Source: Catajapyx aquilonaris (lineage: Eukaryota). From it: 64,000 bases of DNA. Positions 14,001 through 29,000 of this stretch are shown here, piece by piece; the stretch's first letter is position 1, and every line of letters starts with the position of its first letter. The stretch is taken from positions 1 to 64,000 of the forward strand of contig KZ538384.1 in NCBI GenBank assembly GCA_000934665.2, written 5' to 3'. The position numbers and the translations under genes were made by a program. A model generated the notes under the pieces. That model was not told the origin of the DNA. It searched no databases and saw nothing but the letters and a program-made list of their open reading frames with translations.

Positions 14001-17000
14001 TGCTCTTATCCACAGGTCATCAATCATTCCTCTGGTATGCTGGCTGCCACCACCTGCACTCACTGCCTTTTCATCGAATCACCTGAACCTCTCATTCATC
14101 AGGCCCTCTGAATACTCGTGGAATCAAAAATGGACTTGGAGGGACATTATATAATTTTCTTATGCTGCACAAGCATTCATATACCAATGCTTTCTAAGCA
14201 GATGGATGTAAATTGCGCTTCTTGTCAGTTTGGATTGGAAAATGTCAGCATTATAAAAACCTCATCTCAAAAGCACTTGACAGGTAATGCTCGTGATCGT
14301 CCTATTGTGCCGCAACCACTTTCTGAGCAGAATTACGTTCAGATTGGTAGCGTGATTAAAGTGCCAATCTCCAGAATTGCAAGTGCACTTCACCGCAACC
14401 GCACACAAAACGTGTATGGTACCAGCGCGTTCAAACGAACAGTTTACAAGTGAATATAGCAAGTCTATTATTAATAAGCACATCGTAGATGCGACACGAT
14501 GTACTGAAATTATTTAAAAAACCAAATCAGTACACTGTTCGTCGAAAATAGAAACAAAATGCGGAAACCTGTTGGCAAATAATGTAGCGTGCGTGATATA
14601 ACACCCCGAAGGTTATGCCATTAGTCTGTATCGCCTGCATCCACTCAGTCATGTCAAGCTCGATATTGGTTAAAAGTACAGTCCTATACATTTCCCCCTT
14701 TCAAAAGGGAGGAAGCAATGCACGGTAAAAGCATGCTCGGCAAAGTGGCACGCACTTTTCTCATCAGAAAGCTGTCGCCATACACGAAGAGATGATTCAA
14801 CAACTCTTCTCAACAGGCTACTCAGTTTTAATTGAAAAAAACCTGGAGCGACTTTGAAGCACGGCGTCATGTAGGGGAAGTAATCAGACCAGAAGGAGAA
14901 AAAAAAGTTGTCAAGTTGCGTGTGGACAATATAGACCTGGACTGTACAGGCAGTTCATATAGCCTACAGTATGAAGGATATATTTTTCCTCTAGTAAAAA
15001 AGCAACTTAGGGATGAGTTTTGAAGTTGTGTATAGGAGACTGGCTCATATGAGAATGGTGATAATCACGGACGTACAAATTTGGATGACATTTTTTTAAA
15101 TATAAAAATTGTGAAGCATATTAGATCTGGTTTTTAGCGAAAAAACCTCTATTTACATCTTCATCGTGGGCACAAAAATAATATGAACTGGTACCTCCTT
15201 AGAGGAAGAAATCAGCATCGTTTTCCGGCAGAGTAAACGCGTGTTTATTACACTGCAAGGCCATGGCACAGACATTATGAGGTGCTGCTGATGGCTAACT
15301 GCAACGACCGCCCCTCTCATAAACCGCTTTAAGTGACCTACGCTGGCTCTAATGAGTTCAGATAAATACGTGGCGGAGTCTGCGGCCGAAATAAAATGGA
15401 AGCAAGCGACTCTGATGGAAAATAAGAGGAGAAAGTCGCAAGCTCAGAGGACATAAGTTTTGTCGAGAGAGACTCCAAAATACATTCTCCCAGAGGACAC
15501 ATTTAAACGAGTTCACCTTCGGACCGAGAGTTGTGTGTGTCAACCCTAAAGCCATTTAATAAATAGGCCAACTCTCCAAGGAGACACAAGTAGAAGAGAT
15601 GCACTTTTTTATCTCCTCAACGAGCGACAAGAACAATCTTACTCGCTTTCAGGTTATTTTTTTTTGCCTCAACGTTGCATGTAGGCTACAGTACGTACAA
15701 TATATAGGTGCACTCTTGTAATCTTATACTCGCTTAATGTCAAAACCTTTTTCTGTTAGAGTAGAACATGTGCAGATCATTACAAAACCAGGCAGTAAAT
15801 TAAATTGTTTCCATTTTATACAGGCCTGTAACATAATACTGTACATAGGGTTACTTTGTATATGGACCATTGTTCCTAGCTTCAAAGAGAACTACTATAG
15901 TCAAAACGATATTTGCACGCTTGGAACCGTTTTTAGGAAGGCCTTCCAGAGAACCGCAGATGTAATGCAGCATGTGCATTTCAAGGGAGAGAGAAATGGC
16001 AATTTACATGGACATCACTCATCATATACTCTACCTCATATATGCAAAAAGTCAAAGGACTAACTGAGGGAGAAATTGCATAACTATCATGCTGGAAAGG
16101 ACCGCAAATTAGATGCTACAGTTAATTTTGTGTCATTTGCTAAGTATTAATACTAAGTAATACTAAGGTTACGTCAGGGTGGTATAGAGTACTTTTACGG
16201 CGTATGTAAACTTTGCCTGTTCAAAAATGTCGTCATGATTAAAGTTAAACAAAGATGAGTCGTGGACCAACAGCCACCAACAGCTTTAAATTACATTCCA
16301 CGTGTACAACCTATCCAGTCCCGGTGTGTAATACCTCATAACTGGTCCTATACATAGCCTTGTGGTTTATAGTGTCCTCACGGCTCCCGTTATTTTCCCA
16401 ACTCGCCTGTAAACTGCGAAACTGACAGAAAATAATTTTCATCTATTATGTGCCACGAGTTCTAATCCCGCTTCAAGCTGCGAGCACGGCACTTAAAATG
16501 CACCAAATAGGCCAAAAAATTAATACCACATTTTAACGACGCATTTTTAAAAAAATCCTTGCAAGAAGTTGGGAGGAAAGTTCCTTCGATATGATGTAGG
16601 CTCTCCTGAGAAAATCCAACAAAAGAGTGAGGAAAGGCTGGGGCTGCATAGAAGAGATGAGGCTAGGCAGGAGCATATTAAGCTTTTTAAACGAGGACAA
16701 TGTTACGAGGATGTTAATTAGAAGTATTGGAAATCAATGGCGGACGCAGTTTCAGAGTCATTTCAGTGTGCATGCTTTCATAGCTTATAGGGAACGACGT
16801 GAGATCCATTAGCATTTGCCAGTTAAAGTTAGGAAGTCTTTGCAGATTTATCTTCATAGATGTGTTGCACAATTTCCAACGAGGTGCAGGTATTTACCTC
16901 CACAGAGAGAAATGGAGGTTTCACTTCAACTGTATACAGTGTACAGAAACAGCATGGTCTTGTATACAAGTAAAATAGATTAAAAATATTTGGTGCGGGA

Positions 17001-20000
17001 CATGCAGTGTGGGATGTTTGCCAACCACACCACTTTAACAGCAGTGGTGCTGAAATAATTATTTTGTTTACTTGCTACTTGTGCCTGTTGATATAAAAGC
17101 AACAATTAGAACTACCTTCACTTTTTATGTCTAGGAGACCGAAAGAGACAGATAATTATTATATGGATGCGGTTCTGTTTCTTTGTTTTTGCTTCGGTCG
17201 GTGAATAGTTGGCAAACGTTCTGTGCACTACATCAATATGCAGCTTATATTAATAATCAGGCTCACGTGCTTCCGCGAAAAGAATGGATACCGAAGAAAA
17301 AGTGCTTGAATTACCCACATAATCTAGGTGTATAAATGTAACGTTGAATTTTCAAGCAAATGCCACTTTATATTGTGTCTACACTCGTAAGCTACTTGTC
17401 GGTTCAATACATAGTGAAGGACCCACTCACGTCAGTCGCAAAGGGTCGAAGAATTTCTTTGTACTGTAACGGAAAAGGGCCATGGCCTTTCAGCCATCAA
17501 AGAGTGCAGAGTATACAGTAACCGCGTTGCCATTCGCATGAAGGAGAGTACACAGTACCATAATATGTTTAAAAAATATTTATGCCACGTTATCCTGGCG
17601 CGATGCAACCATCAGCATTCGCCCATGAAGTGAAGCGAAGGGGAAAAACCACTTTCAATTTTTCATGATGGTTGCATATAGCCAGGATATGTTGGGCAAT
17701 AAATACGTAGAGTATATTGTATGCTATATTATTGCTTTGAAGCAGATTACGATTAACGTATTTAAAAAAATTAACAATATCCCTATCGGCAAGCGAAATG
17801 ATTGGAACTATTTGAATACATATATTCCGCCTACTTTCGTCACAGTAATCCCATGCAAGCTGTCAAACAACGCCCACATCCTTGCAATGCTGATCAAAAC
17901 TTTCTAATATCATAATATGTTAATTCCACTTCTCGTGCAACTCACAACATTCAGAACACGCCTACAATTATTCCATATTGCAGTATATACTGTATACGCT
18001 TGTATGAGGCACAATTTGGCAATTATTATGCTATCCAACAATTTGAAGCCTAAAATAATGTGCAAAATATGATTCCAAAGAGTTCTTCCTGGAATCCATG
18101 CTTGACGTAGCATTTTATCTGGAAAAAATTCTGCCTATCTAGAAAGCTCGCGATTTCTGTCCGCAATTCGGGCCTTTAGCCGTGAGTGGGGTTTCGCCTT
18201 GTGGGATTGACTGCCACTTCTTCTATCTCCTGTCCCATCAGATGAAATATCGGTAATCGACTGTATTGCGGATACTGCCTCGGGCTGTACACTCACCTCA
18301 AACTGCGTCATCTTTTTTTGTGTATCCAACACTCTACAATATATTTTTATTTCGACTGCTTTGCATCCACTCGTGCATGGACCCGGCAGAGTGATTCCCA
18401 TTTACATTGATTTGCCATTTTAGCAGTCAACAGTACAAAACCCAACACTAATGCAGGGACCTGCTTGCATAACCTAGTTGCACATTAAAAAATACCGGGC
18501 TTAAGGAAAAAAAGAACAAATATCGATATTGTAATTAACCGGTCAGTGAACTGCGGATGGAAACGGGCATAAGAGGAATGTTCCTGGGAAGCTGCAAACT
18601 GGTCTCTGCCCTGAGGTTTGTGCGCACCAGCGCCTCTTCCCATTTATTTCACACTTTCTCCCAGAGCTTAGTGCTATACAACTCTACTTCAACAGTGAGG
18701 TTAGCTACTGAAGTTGGAGAGGAAAAAAATCCAAAAAGAAGAAGGAAAAAAAACCGCATTTTCGCATCGTAAATTGCATGAGATCCGACCACGCACTAAA
18801 AGCAACACACAAAAATATAGGTGTCACTTACAACGTCCTGGCACCAGGTTTCTGGCTTTAGCCTTCAGTGCTTCTTCTGATGAGTAATTTATGGGCGGTT
18901 ATGGGCGTCTCCGAGAAGCAGCACCTCCGCCAGCTCTTAAGAAAATTACCTCGAACATCAAGACTTTTCGCCCCAGCATATCATTAGTTGATAACCCGTT
19001 CCAGGAGCAACATATCAACCCACTTGTGTCATTTTTCACATCTTATCAGCTTAGCTGGTAGAACCGGAACTGTACCGCTTATAGATCATGTCACTGCAAT
19101 CCTACTTTAGATGCGGCCCGGTCTGCCGAGATGATGGGTTGTCTAAGGGCGTGAATAAGAGATAATAAACTGTGGAATGGCGAACACTTTCATGCTTTGT
19201 TATAGTTTACGTTTGTTTTACTTCCTAAATGGGTTAAAGTAGTTACATTTCACTCTTAATGCAGGGGTAGTGATGGTTCAGTATAAAAACTTAAGCAGGG
19301 AAACCGGATTAAAACTCTCACTTCCGGTTGCAATTTGCTTGTTTACACACACGCAAATCGAGCAATCTTATTTCTCATAGATATGGCAAACAATTCAACA
19401 TTAAAGTCAGATATCAACTTCACATAGAATTTCATAGTGTACATATGGGGTTATCCACTAGGGTTCTGGCTACATTAGCATCAATGCAAATTGACAAATC
19501 TGCACAAACGTTGCAATTTAGTGTACAAAATTATGACTGAATGCGGATAATAAATCTTTCTGTTATTTGACCAAAATGTTAAATATGTCCCATTATTTCG
19601 CTCGTATAGAGTTTGTTTCAGTTATTATTTATGCAAAGTTCTTCAGTCTGTAAAACTCACATTCATGAAACGAATACCAGTTCATAAAGTAGTCTCTATT
19701 TTGGAATATTCCATTCTTGCTGCATGTGCGTACTCTGCATGAGCATAGTAAGCGCCAGGACTGTACTGTGCAAGTACACGTTTTGCACAATTTTGTGCTC
19801 ATCGTACTGTAAAATTATTAACTACTCTTCATGCACATAATTCCCAACACATTTGATCCTCGCAAGTGGCTGCATTAGCAATTCAGGCACCACTTTCTCA
19901 TCTGATTTACATATGCCAACGCTACAGTAAGCGGTCAACTCTCGTACATCAGAAACTTGTGCATAAGCAAATCGCTTGAAGGCGATCAAAAACTATAGGA

Positions 20001-23000
20001 ACCAGGCTCATATCCGCAGTTAAAGGCCATGAATAGCAATTATCAAAAATTAACTAAGTTTGCCAGTACGAAAGGTGGCAGCAGTATTGTCCTAGTATCC
20101 TCATAATTTTCCTAATCTATTCCTCTCCAAACAATGCGTGAAAATGAGAGAACCCCCCCAAATTCACCTATATCAGACCTAAGTGCATCGTTCCTTAAGA
20201 GTTTAACAGAGCAGTGTAATTTTCGATCCAGGATTTGGGAATCTCATTATATCGGAGAGCTTCGAGGATTAACGTTGCTTGTTGACTCCTCGTAAGAAAC
20301 AGCCTGCTTTCTTAATGCCTTGGCGCTTTGCATGAAATTAACATGTTTTGTCCAGGATATAAGCCCAACACTTGATGGATGGCATAACCCCTACACAAAT
20401 GATGATAACCTCATCCTGCTGGTCCACTAAAATGTGCTGGGGTGTTACCTCCGCACAAGATTGTTTTCGCACTTAATGTGTTCCTGCCCCCTCCAGCACT
20501 ATTTATGTGAGACAGGGATCTCATTAATTAGCCTACAATCTGGCTAAATTATTGCCCCTCCCCTAATTCCCCATCCCTATATAATTACATTCCCCATCTG
20601 ACGTTACAAAAAAATTAAAGCTCTATCTTTGTGTACCCTGGGCATTATTCCCATTATTTCTCGTAATATGGCATGTATAGCTGCATCAGTTATTCTTAAG
20701 AAGCAGCTTTCTGGAAAATTATTAGGGCTCAAGTATATCCAGTGCATTAACCTCTAGACCCAATTATTAAATAATGTTGTGCAGCCCATTGTTGTGCAAT
20801 TATGCACATTGTGTGACAGGTTATAACAATTTAGCTCTCTCAATTGCAAGGAAAAAATAGCAAAATGACATCCACCTCCGATTGCAATCTAGTGAGGGTT
20901 AAGAGGACACCTTCATGGGGCAGGAGTACAATGTCTCTCATGAAATTTTCAAATTACGGTCTGCTCAATTCAAGTTCCCCGAGGAGACTTCCATTCCGAA
21001 TTTATTCTCCAGCTTTACTCACGCAGACACCTGGAGCTTGGTCCTAGACGAAAAAATTGCAAAAGCTCGAGCCAGGTGAGCTGCTCAACCGGCGTGGCTG
21101 AATAATGTAAGATAACCGCAAATCAGATTTACATGTGTAACTTTTACATGTAAATTGCGAGTATTCCCGCGAGGTTCGATGAGAAACCAATTTCAGAGCT
21201 TATGTGCTCTACATATAAATACCCCTGGGACGTTAACTAGAGTTAATCTGCATTGACCCGTTACTAATTATTGCCGCGGTAATGCGCAATTCATGCATCA
21301 GTCGCACCAATTTCCGTCGATATTTTATTATGTATGAGGGATTAATGACTGTTTATAATGCTGAAGTCGGAAGGTTTGGATCATTGGATATGCAAAATGG
21401 ATTGAGCATCTGAAGTCGTTTTTGGACACAAGCAGACCAATCAGATCCATTTTACAACGTTGAACTTTGTGAGCTTATTTTATTCAAATTATTCTCCAAG
21501 ATAAGGGCCAGTTGAATGGACAGGAGTTAGCTTGTTAGTTATATGCAGCTACAGGTCGGATTAAGTTCTGATTTAGCTTTCAGGGGGATGTAAGCGCCAC
21601 TTTCATAATTACCCCCGCGCATTTAGCCTTTCAGTAACGCTATTATATATGATGGGATGAATGTGAGCGGTACACAAAGACATCGAATCCGCAACCCTTG
21701 ATTTAAAACGCGGTTGACTCCGTGCTGTGGCCATGGCCAGCGCCAGGTGGCAAAAGGTCATCACCATCACACACCCAACAACTGAGAGCATAATTTAGCA
21801 GTCAACAACCCAAAGCCGTTATTTGGAGAAGAAAATGCCACAGGGTGAAAACCCCGGGCTGCCAAACCCGCATCCATGACAACAATGGAGGAGGGGGAAG
21901 CACCCACATAATGTGTGCTTCTGCACGCTCACACTCGTTTGGCATTATCATTTTCCACCAGAGAAAAATCCCGGCACATAATTGTTAGGCAGCAATATTG
22001 TTGCCCATTAATTTTACCAATGTACAGCCATATATTACGGTTTATTGTGATCTGGGTTGCATTGTACCCAACATGTTATTATGAAGCCGTAATTAAAAAG
22101 CAAGGTTCCTATATTTTTCAAATATTAACGACCCATGAACTTAAACCCAAACTTTTCGAAACAGAAAATACACAATAAAAAAAAAGACATTAGGTCAGCG
22201 GATACTATAGGCAAACATAATCCACGAGATAAAAAAAAGTGCACTTGCCTATAAAAAATTGGTTAGTGACGTTTGAGCAGAAATAACGCGGGTTGAAGCA
22301 GTTTTCTTTGCTGGCCCAGCGGATGCTTCAAATTAGTCCCGCAGGTGCACTGCTGCCGCTGAATTAATTAAAGACTGCGCAATGAACTCACTCCCAGAGA
22401 AAATTGACATAATGTCCTCCACTGCCACTTCTGGTCACTATCGATTCCTAGTTCCTCAGACGCCTTTTTAATCAGATTACTCTGAGACAACAGCTTCCCA
22501 AAAACATCCAGCAGCAGGCACAGTGACCCAAAGTCCAATAGGATGAATATTTCCACATTCCATTTCCTGTACTATTCGACGTTGTTTTTTTTTTAAACAA
22601 AATATGCAGGGTGATATAATTTTGCTGAATTAGTATGAATTGGTCGCAGAGCCGCCGAACAAAACATTCATGAAAATCTACTTCTGAGGACATTCCTGTC
22701 AGTTTGGACCAGCCGCCGCTATAAAAATTTCAGGCTATGTTGAACTATCTCGGCGCGATTCCCAGCCAGCAATCCCACTACAACAAGGGAAAATGAATGT
22801 TTGAGTAGAACCACACGCAAAGAAGCTGGCAGGTGTACCATTCTCACAATCTAAAAGTGCTTACATACTCTAATTATTCCCAGCACATTAGCATACCAAA
22901 CTGTCACAAGGTGCGACCATAATTTCGGACAATTTTTTGTTTAAAAATTCCAACTTGGTGTATCTGCAGAGTCAGTAACATTTCAGGAGGTTGTAGACCC

Positions 23001-26000
23001 GAGTTACTTAAATACAGGCTTAGGATTTTCATGTATAGTGTCGCTGTAGATGCTGCTGATACACTGGCAGATCGATAGGGTGATTTGGGCCAGGTTTTGG
23101 AGGAAAAGTGCCGACAGAATGGACGACGGGAACTGAATGCGAATGACTGCTTACAGTCCCGGGCGGAAGCTTGTTTTTGGCAGGTTGAAAGCCTGCTATG
23201 GGGGCTTCTGGCAAGATGGAAAAGACCAAAAAATTCCACCGACCAGGAATTGCCTTCAACTCTGAAAAAATCTGAAATAAGCTTTTGAACGATGAAAATA
23301 AACTTATGATTACTGCTATTTAGGAGAAGGCCACCAAAACGATAGAATTACATGAGATTGGTGGGTTCGTACCATCAAATAGTGGGGCGACTATGAAATT
23401 CAAGCGACTGCTCAGAGTTGCTAGGTACAAAACTGTATTTACATGTATGTAAAAGAAAATAAATTGAAACGCCTAGCAAGCATTAATGGCCAGAATATTG
23501 TCCTGCTGGGAGGCTGGTTGGTAATTTTGAAATTATTACCATAAGCTACCAGGAGATAGAAAGGACAGAGTGAGAGTGACGCGCCTGGCTACATCAGTCA
23601 ATTTAGCAAGTTCATACGCTAATTAGACCTATAAGAGAACCGAGCAATTAGCTCCCTTTGCCCTGAGAGCGTATGATGACATATGGACCATTACCAGCAT
23701 TAACTTGATGTGCCATTCACCTGATTAACACGGCACCGTGTAATTGAAATATATCGCGTACTGAGATAAATGACCAAAATTATACTCTCACAGGAATTTG
23801 AGGAAACACACTGGCGGGCAAAGGTTTATTATTCTGTCATGCTTGAATGTATTGAAAGTAACATATCGAACTGGATAAAATAATTTACTTACTTTAACCA
23901 TCATTCAATACCCGCAAAAAATGTGGTGACAGGCCCTAAGGCCACAATTAAAATAATTCACTAACTAAAACCGGTTTTAAAATATTACTGAGACACACGA
24001 GGTGGAAAGTGACTCGCACCAGAAACGCAGTTTCTCGCCCTAAGAAAACCCAATAGCTCACTCCGACACGAAACATGACCGCAATTATTCCGCGGGTATA
24101 AGACACAGTATCTGGTGTGAACAGTCGAGAGAAAACGGTGGGGCAGAGTTTGAGCTCAGAATGTTTCATGAATATATAATAATAGGGATTGGTAGGAATG
24201 AGTGTGCTGGGAGGTTTGGAGAAGAGTTGGGGACAAAATGCCTCCTCTCATGGGATCCTTCTCTCTGGGAGCCCCAAATCTGATTTCGCTCTCAATAATG
24301 ACCTACCCCGTTTTTTTTNNNNNNNNNNNNNNNNNNNNNNNNNNNNNNNNNNNNNNNNNNNNNNNNNNNNNNNNNNNNNNGGGGGGGGGGGGAGGAAGGA
24401 CTATCTGCAAGCACGGTTGGATGCACACTACTTTTTATATTTTGGAAGCGTCACATGACGTTACGCGTGTTATCACGTCCGGCTCCATGTAAACACTGCA
24501 TTTCCAACGTAATTCAATCCTGTACTCGCACTCATGTTGGTCCCTGGGGTGTAGCAAGTTCAAGCTGGACATGATTTGACCCATCCGAATGTACAGTAAC
24601 TTGTGTCAAATGTGCAATAATTGCGTGTTGCTGCGACGCTCATGCTTTGCAGCGTCTGATTGAACTGGTGCCTGCTTGGGATTGGCTGCAGCCACAAATT
24701 CCTCTCTGGGATTGGCTGAGTCGGGTCACGTGGCAAAATGGTCAACATGGTTTTCTGGTGCAAACATTGCTTTCCTTCGCTACCAGGTTGCATGCCTGAG
24801 GAGTCCAGCACGCGAACCAATCGTTTCAAGTCTCCCCCGAACCAAAGAGCTTCCTTTCGCAGTCAACTGACCACTTGTAGAGGCGGCGGCGCCTGCACTG
24901 CTTCCAGATGAAATCGTGCCAACAGGACCGCATGACACCTCAACTCTTCACTATAACCCACACCTCCAGCACTCCATCAAAATGTGCTGGATAATTTTTA
25001 AACTTTAATCATACACGTATACACGCCTATACACCTCGTAGCGAGGAGGAGCGGTCGTGCATTCACAGTGAATCACAAACAACAAGCAAGTTGACACTCC
25101 CCTCGGTCCAAATGGCCATCCGGCAACATAAATAAAGAAAACCCGAGGCTCAATTTATGCATGCCTTGTCTTCGTTGAGAGCACCGTCATTTCTCCAACT
25201 TCCACTTTCGGGCGTGGTCCACGCCGCTTCTATACATACCGGCAATCCGTTGCGTGCTTTGTTTGAGGCTGGTTGTTGGACCAGAGCATACAATGCAATT
25301 GCGCAGCATGGTGCGGTGTATACTGAGGCACACACTGCTAGTTTACAAAAATAATGACCTCTTCAACCTTTAGCTGTTTGCTCCTGGATAGTCGGATTTT
25401 TGGTGCAATTTCTTCTAAATAAATAAATGTGTCAATCTATCGTTATCTGAAGGCTTCAGATCTTCGAAGGCTTATTGCTGCTGTGGTGCTGAATCCTGCA
25501 GCAGGCTGGAGCGTCACAGACTCACGGCCATCATTTGTCTTCATGAGGAATGAATCTTTTCCAGGCCAAACTTGAAGCTATTAATCACACTTTCAGTCTG
25601 TGGCGGTCACATCATTTCCATATCTAGACCAGGAGATTGTCCTGTAAACACGCTCGAGAGAGGGGACAATCTCGCGCCATTACTCACGATTCTTTTATAG
25701 GCTCTTTACTGCGGTGGCTCACGTTTTTAATATGAATCTATTAAGATGTTGTAAAACGTAAGGAAATGCCAGTGATTAATTTAAGAAACGCATAATTAGT
25801 ATAGTCGCTCAGTACTCGGTATTTCTTGGAAAAACAATGAGGCTTGTTTGAACAAACAATTACACGAACCCAGCAATGAGAGCAGGTACGCCATGTTACA
25901 CATCATCACTAACAAAACAGTGTACAGTTTTATGCAGTAGTTGTATCATTCAACATTATAACAAAGTTCTTCACAATTTTTGTGGCCGAGCACGGGCATT

Positions 26001-29000
26001 CAACACAACCTAAAAATAATGAACACTGCGTCATGCCAGCCAGCAAAATAGGAAGAATGGCCCAAAAAAGTTGTATTTGAATCAATTAACACTGCCGGAA
26101 AGTGAGAACCGAGCTCGAACCGATGCACATCCTTTTTATTAACCAGGCGAAAGGGCAAATGGTTGCTTGGTAAGGTGCAAGGAAGTACCATTAGCAATTA
26201 CGACCCCCCGATAAAGAGCATATTGGAGTGCAATGACTCGCATGATACGCCAAATTACTGAAGACATGCAAGTGGAAAATCGGATGAGAGACGTTCTCTG
26301 GGACACTCCGCCTAAGCGAATTGCTTTATAATTATGCAGCTATACACAACATTCCAAATGCAGCGAAGTTTTGTACTAAAACAATTGTTGCGTTTTTGCT
26401 AAGGTTTTCACGCAATAACCCGAAGGACTTGAGGGCGTTTGCAGCAGAAACCAGGCGGCGGTTGGTTTTGAAACTGGAGTTGTGGGAGCCTATAAATTAA
26501 TTTCTGTGCAGAAACAGCCGTAATATTTTGCGCGTCCATGCGACCGGAACACCATCTGGAATTTATCGGCAACAGAGTCATGGAAGATTAAAGCAGGGTT
26601 TTCCGGTTGCGCTCTCTCGTCTGAGCTGATTATCCCTCCCACATACCAGTTATAGCAATTGGGAATAAGAGTTTTTTTTTTTGGGGGGTGGGGGGGGGAG
26701 GAAACGAATATTTTTTTCTGCCAATGCTCTCGAGGTCATCATCGCCCAAAGCAGCTTCCCAATGGACTTTTCTTGGCTTGAGCACTCCTTTGGGAGGTTT
26801 TAGGAACTCCATGGTCCGTTGGAGGAGAAAACAGGGTTTCTTTTCAGAACCCAAGCCTTTTCTCCCCCACCGTTCACTATACTATACACTGCATTGGGAA
26901 TGACATTTTGGAGAGAGAAGAAAACAAGAGCGAGAAACGGCAGGAATTACCGGCCAGAAACTCGAGCAGAGCCAATAATTGCTAGCACTGTAACGCTATA
27001 TGGGCCCTGAGAACTATCGCCGCTTGATTAGGTTGGATTACATTAATTAACCTTGTTATTCGCGTCTCAGAAATTGGATCGACAGCTGAAGTTTACTTCC
27101 CCTGTTAATGAATGTAATAAGGGCAGCCACAGGGCGGGCATGGAAGTTCAATATGCTGGAGAAAAAGATGTATATTGCTAAAAAAAATATGGTGACTCTT
27201 AATTTAAAAAAATATAATAAGATTGCTATACGTGCTGTACAAATTCAATCAGCAAAATGTCTCCCTCTGGTGAAAAGCAGATCCAATACGTTCGAGAGCT
27301 AATAAAATTGTCGCGTCAGTTGAGGTCAGTATAATCAGGCTCCTGTCTTTCCTCCGCTCTTTTTTTCATTAATCTCCCCAGGTGAAAAATGCTTCCTTGT
27401 TCCTAACTTAGTTCCTCTCGTTCGTTTGGATTGCCTCCAACTTCCCTGTCCTCGATTCGGCCACGGCAGGATTTCTAGCCAACTCCTTCTTTTCTCGACA
27501 ATTTTTTTGTTACCTCTTCTTCCTCTTGCAGGACCAACTACCAGAAGTTGGCGGCTGAGAGCACTAATCATGACCTGCAGGTTACAGTATAAATGCAGCA
27601 TTGTTGGACCTCCCTCTGCAGTGTCATTACTGCACAAGATTTCTGTCAAGTTAGTGTAACGACTGAGATTCAACCTGTGACCTTCATCAGCAAGTTTGAA
27701 CTACAGTAGTACAGTGAAATATTACTGATCCTTTGCCTCATGACACTCTCATAAACATTATTCAGTCAATATCAATTTTTGTTCCTGTTTTTCCAAAAAT
27801 CAAAAATTACCATTCAGTAACCAGCTTCAAATGAACTCTATTTGAAGACCCAATTAATTTAATATAAACTTTTACCCAGATGATATAGTAACTGGAGCTT
27901 CCTTTAGCCTTAGAATTCACGTTAATTTCTTTACCTTGTCCGGAACGTCAAAGACTCCGGAGCACTTCCATTACTATGGAGAAGCACTCTAGCTTATTGC
28001 GGCTGTTGGGTGCGAGAAATCACTTCCCAGAGACTGCATTTGCAAATGTTAACATCTATAATATACGCATCACATTAGTGAGGAGATAAGAAATTGCCTG
28101 AAGTGCCCTGATTTACGTCATCAAACGTTTTTCGCACGATCTTTTGTCATGTATGGTGTACTTCAATTTTCATGGGTGCACGGTTTTGCAGTAAGCATCT
28201 CCTTTGCAGTAAATTCATGCCTGATGACCAGGCTCTAACATTGCCGAACAGGCACATATGCAGGCAAAACTAACGTCTCAATTTCGTATTCTCCGACTGT
28301 CTTCCAGCTTTTATACTTATCAAGCAGCCCATCAGCCCTTTGTTGCTTCAGCTCCATTAAAACCCTAATCACAATCAATCAATCGATTCTTTTGTCAACA
28401 GCAAATAAATGGCAAACTTCCCCACTTCTCCTACATTAAAGAGCTCATAAAGCAAGTTCATTAAAGCTGTGGCCAGATTCATACTGGGTATTGACAACTC
28501 AGTGATGACTCCCACTACCTTCATAAGAGTTGGCACATTTCCTCTTCAGCGAAAGATCAAATCCGTCGTCTAGAATTCGCATTATGTAACCGTATCTGTT
28601 CTTTTTTTATATATTTTGCCCTGGCCTGATCCCCATTACTTCAAATTCCCTCGGGGGGTCTCCTATACGCCCACTTGGATAGAAAGATAATCATTGCTCC
28701 GTCCCAGAGAAAACGTCTTGTCATGGATCAATCCGCTATCAGCTGCAGCCCCCGAAAGAATTAGATCAAGTTTCACTGAGAACTGTGTAGATGGCCCACT
28801 AACACTCAACCTGATCGATTGTTTCCCTCAATTTTCCAAGACGCCTTCTGGCCAGCTGCAGGTTGCTATAACATCATATATGACTCCACAGGTAAACACG
28901 CCTCATAACTCCGGACATGCCAACCGAGATAATAAACACTGAAGCTATGCAAAGTGCATTACTATTCCGTAACAGTTTCGCGAAGTGCACTGATTAGATC

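Noticed and set aside
21127..21155. 10-bp AT-rich inverted repeat ATTTACATGT...ACATGTAAAT
   Set aside because: Short and low complexity, with no supporting context.
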